A DNA stretch of 64,000 nt from Antedon mediterranea (lineage: Eukaryota > Animalia > Echinodermata), in contig NC_092673.1 in assembly GCF_964355755.1 (NCBI RefSeq), positions 27,773,648-27,837,647 of the forward strand, written 5' to 3'. A program made the position numbers and the translations under genes. The notes below the pieces were generated by a model, which worked only from the letters and a program-made list of their open reading frames with translations, was not told the origin of the DNA and made no database searches. This document shows positions 1 through 11,500 of this stretch, one piece after another (position 1 is the first letter of the stretch; each line of letters opens with the position of its first letter).

Positions 1-629
1 AATATGTATTGCTGCCATTAAAAAAAGATTCAACATTGTATCGCTTCACATGAATAAACCAATTTGGGCGTGGCCCTAAAATGTTGCTGTTTGGCGCCCC
101 GTACAGGATAAAGTCGCTGTCATTGGTGATGTAATCATTAGTAGCCCACTGCGAATGATATCCAAATAAAATTTTATCCTTGTATCGCTTCACATGAATA
201 AATGCATTTTGCAAATGCATCATTGACCCGGCAGCAATGTCGAATATTGCATCTCGCCCTAATACGCACCTAACTACATCATCAAACCTTTTGTATCTTT
301 TCACATGAATAAATCTTCCTGGCGCCCGGTCTAGAAGTTGGAAATTCCAAAATGGTGAAATTTTACTAATTAAAACTATTTTTAATTATTGATGATGAAA
401 TACATTATCAATATATATTATAGACCATGACGGTGGTGATTTTTCATACGTTGGAAATTCTCAACTAAACAAGTCAACTCAACAATTTGAAAGTATGTTA
501 TTATAATGTTTTGTCCAAATAGATGTAAATAGGAGATGTATTTTAATAGGAGATTTTAAAATACAACTCGTCCTTATTATTGGGTCTTTCTTAAATTTTT
601 TGAATAATGTACAGTATGTATTTTTTTAG

Positions 630-1922
630 ATGGCGCGTTATTTTTTGGTTATTGATCTGGAGGCGACGTGTGTTTACCCGCGACAACATACTGGCAGCCG
701 GAGATAATCGAGATAGGGGCGATTATACTGGATTCGAGACTGAATCAAGTAGGCATTGGATTTCTATTTTGTTTGAAAAATATCTCATTAAGAGAAGACA
801 AAACGCTTGTAATATGTTCCATGACCACTACCCCTTTTTCAGCCACTTTTTTAAACGTTTTTTTTTATAAGGTGACCGATGCCTCATCGTATGTATGTGA
901 TTTTATTTCAGATCAGTGAATTTCAAGAGTTCGTTAAGCCAGTTGTAAACCCGACATTGTCGCCGTATTGTCTGGATCTTTTGAAGATCACTCAGGTAAA
1001 TAAGCCTATTTTTAAAAACTATGTCATTTACATCTTTAAAAATAATCAAAAGAAAACTGGTAAATCAAAAAGGGCCATAAATACACTAAAACTGGGTTTT
1101 TTCAAAGTTGAAAAGTTTACAATTGTTTTTGGTTCAGGCTGATGTTGAAAATGCGGATACATTTCCTGCGGTTTACGGACGTATGGTGTCGTGGATGGAA
1201 GCAAACAGATTGAGGCTCACTTGTTACCAAAACTTTGTCCTAGTCACTGACGGGTACGTAATGCCATAAGGCCTACTGTTTATAGTCGTCATTTTTTCAT
1301 CAATATTTGGTAAATAACAATATTTTGGTGTTGTTTTTAGAATCTTTGATTGTAACCAGTATATACGCAATCAATGCAAACTGTCTGGTTTGGAGTATCC
1401 AATATGGGCTAAAAGTTTTAGCAACATAAAAAAACACTTTATGTTTGCTCTGCGCACGCGCAAAACTGATGGCAGATCATACAGCATGAGTGAAATGACA
1501 GAAACATTGGGTATGTCGTCACTATTTATAATTATCATTATTGCGAAGTGAAAGAATAATGGTCCTGTTTTAGTATAGTAAGGCCTAAATTACTTTAGAC
1601 CAATTAAATATGACAGCAGGCTATATATTTCAACGTGTCTTTTTATTGGGACCTCGACTCTTGCTGGTTATTATGGTTATCATTATTATTACTAAAAAAA
1701 TATTACGATTGATTGAATAAAGTTTACAAATTTACAAGAATTATAATATAAATGTGTTTTGTCATTATAGGAATTAGAATGGACGGTCAGTTACACAGAG
1801 CTTTAGATGATGCCAAGATTGTCGTCAAGATAATGAAAGGTGTTCGAAGGAAGCGCCCGGGGTTTGACTTCAATGCGAATGCACAGTTAAAGAGCAATTG
1901 GACTCTTAAGTTTTTCGACTAG
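630..1922 (+). pseudogene. ERI1/ERI2/ERI3-family DEDDh 3'-5' exoribonuclease, copy 1; one frameshift in exon 1 as assembled (recent pseudogene or 1-nt assembly error)
   Basis: GT-AG exons 630-748, 912-995, 1138-1253, 1341-1510, 1771-1922 give MARYFLVIDLEATC..[frameshift ~672-680]..WQPEIIEIGA..EFVKPVVNPTLSPYCLDLLKITQADVENADTF..VTDGIFD..DGQLHRALDDAK..FFD*. ExoI DxE, ExoII D and ExoIII HxAxxD motifs are all present. Adding one C to the CCC at 677-679 restores the frame. Confidence 0.8.
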
Positions 1923-3593
1923 GTTTGCGGTAACACGTAAAAAAAACGTATCGATGGTTCGATTAATAATCATTTGTATATTAATCTGAATGAAATGTAT
2001 CACATTTTCTAATTGGACACATCGTTCTATTTATTACTAGTGGCAAAATAAAATTATAAACCCCAGCAGGATTTGAACCATTTAAAGCTAATACATTAAG
2101 CAAAAAAATGTATCTTTCAACATGCGCCCTCTGTGGCAATATGTTGCCAAGTACTACTTCACTCAGTTTCTGAGTGCTTTCATTATTATATTGTGCGTTA
2201 TATTAGAGCTACTTGGGGGTAAATGTGAGTTCACACGCGAATGACACACTGTCCATCGTGCAATTCAACAGTGTCTTTATTTCTGGTATCAGGTTTAATT
2301 TTGGATATTGGAAATTATTGGTAAACTATTCATTGTGGTGTAGGGTCTGTATCCCAGATAGGCGCGGCCTCTTCTTTAAAACGAATGATTTCGGTACACC
2401 ATGATAATAGTAAAATGTAAAGTCGGGAAACTCAACAGTTCTTTTTATAACTATACGTGGTGTACCGCAAACTATACCGTATATCAACATAACAGTTACG
2501 GGGAAAATGGCTGTTACAGAGTGACATAAGAGTTGTCAAAACAATAGGCTATCTGTATGACTATCTGATAACTTAACCATATAAAACTCATAGAAAGTGG
2601 GAAGCTTTTTGCCATGTTCCCCTGGACTGAAAAGGTGTTGTTGTTACTCATTGCTGATATGGAATTAATTAATACAGGGTCTATTTATTTTTATAATATT
2701 ATTACCGTAATTACGGTAAACAATGATCGGTTACAGGAGAGTTATTACGTAATATATAATAAAACATAATAATATTATAATAATCTGTCTTGTCATTTGA
2801 AATTGTTAGAAACAATAATTAGATTTTTAGCAGTTTATCAGGTAGATACATCTATCTAAAAATACGCTGTTGACTATATCTCGATGCATTAATGAATTTG
2901 TGGACTTGTATCTGAGATTTATTGCTCAGTATTTTTAAATCTGCTGATCCGGAAAAATGAGATATTAATGGCGAAAACAATTTCATAATGATTGTGATTC
3001 CACTTACAACGGCGTTTTCCTACGACGCAAAGCAAGGACGTGCGCAAAGTTAGGACTTGCGCAAAGTAAGGACGTGCGCGAAGTATTTCACAATATGGCA
3101 TCATCGGAACTTCTCGTGATTAGTCAACTCGCGTTGTGCTATGTTGTTGTCAACTTTCGTCATTTATGGAATCTATTTATAACTTTCAAATAGAGGCGGG
3201 CCTATTCATGTCGTTTGTTTATTTATTAGTATTGTTGGTAATCAAGGTTGGTATAAGGTTGAAAGAATGTTCTTTCATACCCTGAAGGGTCGATAAAGAA
3301 ATAAATAAATCATTGTCATTGTCATTGTCAACCCATATAAGCCTATGGAAATTCCCAAATTATTAGCATTGATGAGGAAATAATATAGAGTACGGTATAT
3401 AAATTGACTATCGATTGGATATTTTACACTGTTGATAAATACTCATCAATCAAGTTTATCTGAACAGAAGTTTATTACATTATTATAGAATAAGAAGGTA
3501 GGTTATGTAAACAATTGTATTGGGAAAATTTTCAATCTAACTCATCTTCTAAATGAAAGATGATCTGAGCAGATTGTATTATGTTTTCTCAGA

Positions 3594-3736
3594 AGCGTGG
3601 TTCTCACTAGAGACTCACAAAATGACGTACGCGCAACGCAAGCGAATTTACTAATGACAAGCCACTGTTCGAATAATCAATGGTCAAATCACCTATGTTG
3701 CGTTACGTCCTTGCGTTGCTAGTAGGAAACCAAGCT
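3594..3736. mobile_element. MITE family B (Harbinger-like TIR), degenerate
   Basis: Imperfect TIR agcgtggttctcactag / ctagtaggaaaccaagct; related to the element at 17044-17323. Confidence 0.5.
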
Positions 3737-3773
3737 TTAGGCCTAATGAAATCTACAATGTCTTTTTGTTTAG

Positions 3774-5146
3774 ATGGTTCGCTACAAGTTTCTAGTTATT
3801 GATCTGGAGGCGACGTGTAATCAACCCCCGCAGCCACCAGACATGGGACCCGGAGATTTATATTGAGATCGGGGCAGTCTTACTGGATTCAAGACTGAAT
3901 CAAGTAAGACTTCAAACATTTTAAAGTAAAACAAGCATAAAGCACAGGTTCTTTCCATTATGACGGACGGCCCCCTCCCACTTACCATTCTTAGAATGAT
4001 TTTTTCTTCAGATAAGTGAATTTCCGGAGTTCGTTAAGCCAGTTGTAAATCCGCAATTGTCGCCGTTTTGTCTGGATCTTTTGACGATTTATTACACAGG
4101 TAAGCCAAGGCATTGTATATCGCTGTGTATATAAACTAAACAATGCTAGCATTTTTCGATATATTCATTATGTTTGTCGTTTGAAATCACGACAATGTAT
4201 ATAGTTTTGATACCACTGCATTATACGTTTCCAAATTTATTACCATTTGTTTAGACACTTCTTTCTTTTCCAGTCTGTTTTAATTTCATAAATTATTTGT
4301 AAATTGAAAGATATGCTTTTTAATTTATTGCTAAGTTATTTGAAAGAAATAAATGTTAACTTTATTGATTGATTTGTACATTGGTCATCTTTTTTCAGGA
4401 TGACGTTGATAATGCGGATACATTTCCAGAGGTTTATAGTCAGATGTTGGCGTGGATGAGAAGTAGCGGATTGCTCCTCGAAGACAAAAACTTCATTCTA
4501 GTCACAGACGGGTAATGATCTAACTCTAGATTCAGATGCATGTCTTAAATATTATGTTTGAATTTAAATATTCGTTAAATTTCATGAAATAATTAAAAGT
4601 AAGTTATTAATAATTTATATCAATTGATTTATTATTGTATCGTAAAATTATTATAATTTTTCTTACCCTTTTTTCTCTCCAGACTCTTTGATTGTAACCA
4701 GTGGTTACAACATCAATGCAAACTCTCTGAAATCGAATATCCGGGATGGGCTAAAAGTTTTAGCAACATAAAAAAACACTTTATGTATGCTGTGCGCACG
4801 CGCAAATCTGACCGCAGCTCTTTTACCATAAGTGCAATGACAAAGAGGCTAGGTATGTGATAATGTCTTCTTGTAGATGCATGATATCATCGCTTCAAAA
4901 GATTAGGTATAGAGTTTTTCTATCCGCTGATAATAGACACCAAACTATTACTAAATGAAATGTTTGCTAAAGTAACGTAGAGGTTTTATTTAATTTTCGG
5001 AATTGAAATGGACGGCCAGCTACACAGAGCTTTAGATGATGCCAAGATTATCGTCAAGATAAGAAAGGTATTCGAGGAAAAATTCGGAGTTTCCGTTCAG
5101 TACCAATGAGCGATTCCAGCGGAAATGGACATTAAAGTTGTTCTAA
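3774..5146 (+). pseudogene. ERI1-family DEDDh exonuclease, copy 2 (tandem paralog, multiply disabled)
   Basis: Same 5-exon layout (3774-3903, 4012-4099, 4399-4511, 4683-4852, ~5000-5146): MVRYKFLVIDLEATC, EFVKPVVNPQLSPFC, VTDGLFD, HRALDDAK. Frameshifts in exons 1, 2 and 5; the last acceptor reads ttttcgg instead of ttttcag. Confidence 0.85.
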
Positions 5147-5506
5147 TAAATATTTTTCGGTAAACACATTTAGGCCTAGAGTATAATATAATAATTATAA
5201 TTATAGGCCTAATTGCTCATGTTGTGGGCCCAATCTTCATGATCCGGCCAGCAATCGTCATCTAGGCCTAGTATCATAATATTTCATGACTAATGTAAAT
5301 CTTATTGAATAAAATTTAAAAATTTGGTACATTTTTAAGTTGATTTACTTTTTAAGATTGTATTCTAAGTTTAAACTTTTGGTAGTATTAATACATAAAT
5401 TACAGTATGAATAAAATTGTGACGTTTTGATGATGATGATGGATGATGGTGTAGTGATGGATTTGCGATATGATTATAGGTGGCGCACTCTACAAAAACA
5501 TTCAAA

Positions 5507-8500
5507 ATGTCGGCAGCAGCGGGAGATTGGTGTCTGATTGAAAGTGATCCTGGTGTATTTACTGAATTAATCAAAGGATTTGGTAAGTGCACATATATTT
5601 TTGTCTTGTATTAATGTTAGTATCTATGCAAACAGTTTCTTAGCTTAAGCACTGACCAAGATAAATAGTATATATGCTAGGCCAGGCAGGGTCATGCATG
5701 CTGCAGCAGAAGAAGCATGCATCATCATCATCATCTGGATGGTAGATGGAACACACGCGCGAGCTCATACTTATACACAGTTGGTCTTCCTTGCTGCTAG
5801 GCCTAGCTTATGATAGTCGGGCTAGGCAGGTATTGTGCCATATTCCTTTATTTTGACACTATTCTATTCTGTATGTCAAATGTATTAGGCCTAAGGCTAT
5901 GAATAATGATATCCGGGTCAGTCTAATTACCGAAAACAACCGAAAACAAACCGAAAAAAAAATGTAAAAAATCTAAATACCGAAAACAAATTTTGTATAA
6001 TATTTTTTTTAATGTCGCCCTCTATTGATGGGTGTTTCTAAAGCTAAGACCATACAGAGGCGCAAAAGTCATGGAAGACCCTAAGAAATGTGCACAAAAT
6101 ACAACTCAAAATCGTACAAATTCAATGAAATACACTGTAGATTACATTTACTTACAAAATCTATAAACACCTTTCGTTTTTAGTCTTTTCAAAAACAAAG
6201 CATGATTTTACCTTAACTTTGCGTTTTCGTCCCCGGTTTTCGTCACTTATTAAGTGAATACTGAAGCGATTAAGGATAAATTTTATTTACTCGACTACGG
6301 TAATTTTACTGAATAGATTTTATTGTGAATCCTTTATAGTGAGCTTGTTTTAAGTATACTTTATAGTCCCTAGTATCTTTGTATAATTATCTTTGAAAAT
6401 CTATAATTAAATCGATCATGATTAACCATAGTCAATTTACTTTCTCTACTATGGATTAACATATCACAATTATTGTAAGGAGTAATGCGCTGGTTTCTGG
6501 ATCAAAAATCGAAAGACTAAAATTAAAATATTTTTATAGATTCTGTAAGTAAATGCGATGTTATCATTGATTGATTGCACGATTTTTAGTTGTATTTTGT
6601 GCACACTACCATCGTAGGGTCTTCCTTGGCTTTTGCGCGCGCGGTTTTGTCTCGGTTATGGTCTTAGATTTAGAAACACCCATCAATAGAGGGCGACATT
6701 TAAAAAATATTATACAAATTTGTTTTCGGTATTTATATTATTTTATTTTGTTTTCGGTTTGTTTTCGGTTGTTTATGGTTGTTTTCGGTTGTTTGTGGTT
6801 GTTTTCGGTTGTTTATGGTTGTTTTCGGTTATTTTCGGTTGTTTTCGGTAATTAGACTGACTGTGATATCCTATGCCAAATATTATCTGTCGTACTACTT
6901 TCCATGCACTGCCTCTCATCATAGAATACATCATTCATACTCATAGGCCTAGTGATAGAATAGAAGGGCAGGCTCTTCTTTTTAATATTATTTGACTTTT
7001 TTGGTTCAATTAAACTAGGCTAGGGTACTTACCTTAGGTTATGCTTACCAAGTGTTGGGCTTGTGAAACAATGTGATAAGGTACTGCACTGTATGTAGTC
7101 TATACATGTATGGTTACAAATAATAGGTTTTTAAAACCCATTTAATTCAACTAATAAATGCTCTTGGTTAGTTATAAATTAATTATTATACTTAGTTTGA
7201 TTTGAACGCTAATACTATTATTATATCTAAATGAATATCATTTTAATACAATATTTCATTAACATTCATTAAAATTATACAATTGTTATTTAATTACTTT
7301 TTACAGGAACCACTGGTGTTCAAGTAGAAGAAATATGGAGTTTAGATGAAACAAGTTTTGCAGATTTAAAGTGAATACATTGTATTTTAAATGCTACATT
7401 CATAATTGATACAATCATTGTAATCACTTACATTTAATAGCTTTAGCTTCTTTCTTTGATATACTGTACCTATCATAAATTAATTACCTTACCACATTGT
7501 TTCAAACTCAACACTCAACACTTGTAAATGAACATAATAACTCGCACATAAAAACTATGAGAAGAGGCAGCCTATAGTATACGAGTAATACTCTTTGCCT
7601 CCTTGTTTAACTTAAGCATCATCACTTAAGGTAAGTACTTTGAAGACAACATTAATTACCAGACCAATTAATTACTAGGTTTTGTCTTACTTTAATTTTA
7701 TTTCTCTTCTTAACAGACCAGTACATGGATTAATTTTTCTTTTTAAGTGGAAGCCAGGCATTGAAGGAGCAGGGAGCATTGTAAGAGATGACCGACTCAA
7801 CACAATCTTTTTTGCTAAACAGGTAAACAAAACAGAATAACAAATTAATTTTTGCTTTGTAAACTCTAATTTACCGTGTTTATTAAATCTAAGTCTCATT
7901 TAACCACCAAGCTTCCACTAAGGCTCCACACTATTTTATATGCACGTTTTGTTTAGGTTATTAACAATGCGTGTGCGACTCAAGCCATCTTAAGCATCCT
8001 ACTCAACTGTAAACACAAAGATTTCAACCTAGGCACTACACTGACAGACTTCAAGCAATTCTCACAGTCGTTTGACCCCACTGTAAGTTAATAAGAACAT
8101 ATTTTGACCTTTCTAGATGTATAAACTTGAATGGGTTTGAGAACTATATCATACTTGGAAATGCTGACCACATTATCTATGTTTCATTACATAACTTGGC
8201 ATACCATGTCATAGGTCATCAACAATTATTTCATTTTATATTTTATACACATACTGTATTTATACTTTAAATGGATCATTCTGAACTCTAGAACTGTCCG
8301 GATTTTAATAATTTTTATTCTCTCTTTCAGATGAAAGGTTTGAGTATAAGTAACTCAGACACTATTAAACAAGTGCACAACAGCTTTTCAAGGTACAGTA
8401 TTTAATTCTACATATACAAAAAAAACACATCTTATCTACCGTAAAACAATACGTTTGCAAAAGTATTCTCAATTAAAAGCCCATCTCGAAAAGGAGCCCA

Positions 8501-11500
8501 CCCAAGAGTCCTAAATAAAAAGGAGCCCTTATTTTCAAGGTTTTATAGTATTTTAATTGAATAAGCCTAAAAATAATCTTCATTTAGTAATTATTGCAAA
8601 ATATAAAATACCTATTGATATCCTGACCTCTTGACCTTTACTTCCACCCCGTCACCTATTGATAGCCTGACGTCTTCTTGACCTTTACTTCCACCCCTTC
8701 ACCTGTTGATATCCTGACCTCTTCTTGACCTTTACTTCCACCCGGTTCACCTATTGATATCCTGACCTCTTGACCTTTACTTCCACCCCTTCACTTATTG
8801 ATATCCTGACCTCTTCTTAACATTTAATTCCACCGCTTCATTTAATCCAATATTTATTTGTTATTTTCCTAGGCAACAGATGTTTGAGTTTGACAAGAGT
8901 ATGTCTAAAGATTCTGATGCGTTCCATTTTGTGGGTTTCATGCCGATTGATGGTAGACTCTATGAGCTGGATGGGTTAAAAGATGGCCCAATAGACTTAG
9001 GTAAGACAAACATTATTTTATACAAACTGATGGTAGTCAGCATCTCACCAGTCTGATCACTGCAATCAACAAAAGGACTCTGAGCTCGCCTTGCCAACAT
9101 AGAAACTTGTAACAGTCCTTTGATCTTATGTCTGGCTGCGACAAATACCAACAGCACTGTACTAGTTACACATTTTCCGTGGTGCACAGTGTCTATGTTA
9201 AGGGGTGTGGAACTGATCATGTTTGCAGCCACAGATAAACCCTTTGATCTCACGAGATCAGCATCCTGTTGTTGGATTCCCTTTGTCTGATGTCAATGAA
9301 CTTAGGTTGTGTTCTTACAACATATACATATTATATATTCTATATGCTAGATTGCCATAATGGATTTATTAAATGACATTATTTTGTATATATTTAAGGA
9401 AAATGCGACCAAGATGATTGGTTGAAAACAGCGACGCCAGCAATTGAAGAAAGAATTAGCAAGTAAGATTTTGATTGTTGTAATAGGGGTAGATCATATA
9501 AATACTCATTTTTAATAATCAATACAGTCAACTCTGCCAATACCGGATTCTTTAAAAATCTTTCCCAAACCAGACATTTCTTAAGGTATAGCACAAAAAG
9601 TCCCAAATTAATTTTCACAAATAAAAACATATTCGGAATGCCAGACGTACTGTGTTAGGCTAGCCCAAGTGTGTCCGGTATTAGGAGAGTTGACTGTATA
9701 TTAATTTCTTATAACATTGAACATTACAAAATATATGATTTTAATATTAAATTATGTTCATTTAGGTATAATGCTGAAGAAATACATTTCAACTTGATGG
9801 CCATAGTGTCGGATCTTAAGATGGTGTATGAGCAAAAACTAAGCCAACTAGCAGAGAAATTGATTGAAAAACAGAATGAGGTAAGAATAGACTTGGTAGG
9901 TTGTAAACAAGATAGGAGTTCAAAGGTCAACATTTAGCAATGTGTGTAGCGGTGTATAAGGCTCTGTCTACACTATCACACTTAATGTGACGATGATGTC
10001 ATATCACTACCATATTTGGGCATATCACATCTTCCACTGATAGTGTAGACAGAGCTTTAGATTTTAAAATGTCTGATCTTCTTTTTAAGCCAGAAGACAT
10101 GGAAACGGACAACACCGAGTCATTAGTATGTAACATGGAAGCAGAGATGGCTCGGCTACAAGAAAAAATTGAACAAGAAAATAAAAAAATGCAACAATAT
10201 CAAGTGAGTGTGGTCTAAAAATAACTTTAACTGGACTTTTTGGAATTCAGTAGCTCAAAGTGGTAATTCAAACAAATTTGTGATTTGGAATAAAATAATA
10301 TAACTATTCAACACACAACACAAAAACAATAAATCAAACTATTGTTAAACATCGTATAATCTATTTCTAATAAAAATGTTCAAACTTCTATCAACTGAAG
10401 CTGAAGTGTAGTCATGTCCCGGGACCACACTCTATTAGTCACCACGGATAGACTTTCTTCATCAGTGCTTCTATGAATGGATGACTTTTGGAAGCAGGAA
10501 CGCTAGTAGACCAAACCCAGTACCGTTTTGATTCCGATCATTCAGGAATTTTTCCCCATGAGGCTTAGAGAGTGAAGTAGAAAAAGCCAGGGTTATTCAT
10601 GACTGTTTCTACTCCACTCCAGAAGCCAGTGAGAAGTGAGACTTAGTTTATATATTAGTGTATAGTTTATTCATCCCATAAGAGTTACTTGCTGTAGGAT
10701 ATGTATGAAATAAAAAAAAAAAAACATTAGGAAGTAATGTTGACATTCACAGGTTGAAATGATAAAAATGTTGTTATTTGTAATTATATCTATGTTATAT
10801 TAACATTAGGGAGTAATTATTGTATTACTTTTTCAGGTTGAAAACATTAGAAGAAAACATAATTACTTACCACTGATCATGGAACTATTACAAGTGTTAG
10901 CAGATAAGGATAAACTTGTACCACTTGTTCAGAAGGTGAGCATTAAAAGAACTTAAGTCAACTCTCAAAATGCTAAACACAGAGCCTTAGCAACCCTACT
11001 TAAGGCCATTTACACAGACGAGCGGTAATGGCAAGCGGAAAATCGAATAGCTTCTCTCACGTAGAATCTGTATCTATCCTGAGCGGAAACCACCCATCGC
11101 CCTCTGCGTTGTGTGTAAATGGTCATAAGGGATAACACAGATTCTATATTTTTATTACCCTTACCGCTCGTCTGTAAATTCGCCTTTAAAGTGGTGCAGT
11201 TGCTAGAGGAAATCTTGGAGTGGACAGTGAGGGGCAGTTGTGGTACGGACCAATTGTCCCTAAACTTTAGACACATTTTTAATATACTATTATTCATTGA
11301 TGTGAAGATTAATCTATAAAAAAAGTAGTCCGCTTGTAACCAGACCAACTGTACTGGTGTTTACGTCCATGGGACACCATAAAGCTCTGTCTAGACTATC
11401 AAATTTTATGTGACAAAAAATGTGATGTGGTCATATAGAAACGATGATGTCATATCACTACTGTATTTGGGCATATCACTACCATATTTGGGCACATCAC

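Noticed and set aside
36-313. CRISPR-like repeat-spacer pattern, or U2 snRNA start (ATCGCTTC)
   Set aside because: Eukaryotic context, only three repeats with long unequal spacers and no cas genes; the U2 match ends after 8 nt.
666-710. Programmed ribosomal frameshift shared by both ERI-like copies
   Set aside because: The offsets differ between copies, there is no shared slippery heptamer, and copy 2 has several unrelated lesions.
7026-7040. U1 snRNA gene (TACTTACCT)
   Set aside because: Similarity stops after 9 nt with no U1 stem-loops or Sm site; treated instead as a complementary arm.
9024-9266. 7SK RNA (tctggctgcgaca match on +, GGATG start on -)
   Set aside because: The two cues are on opposite strands, and neither strand has the closing CATCC pairing plus oligo-T terminator.
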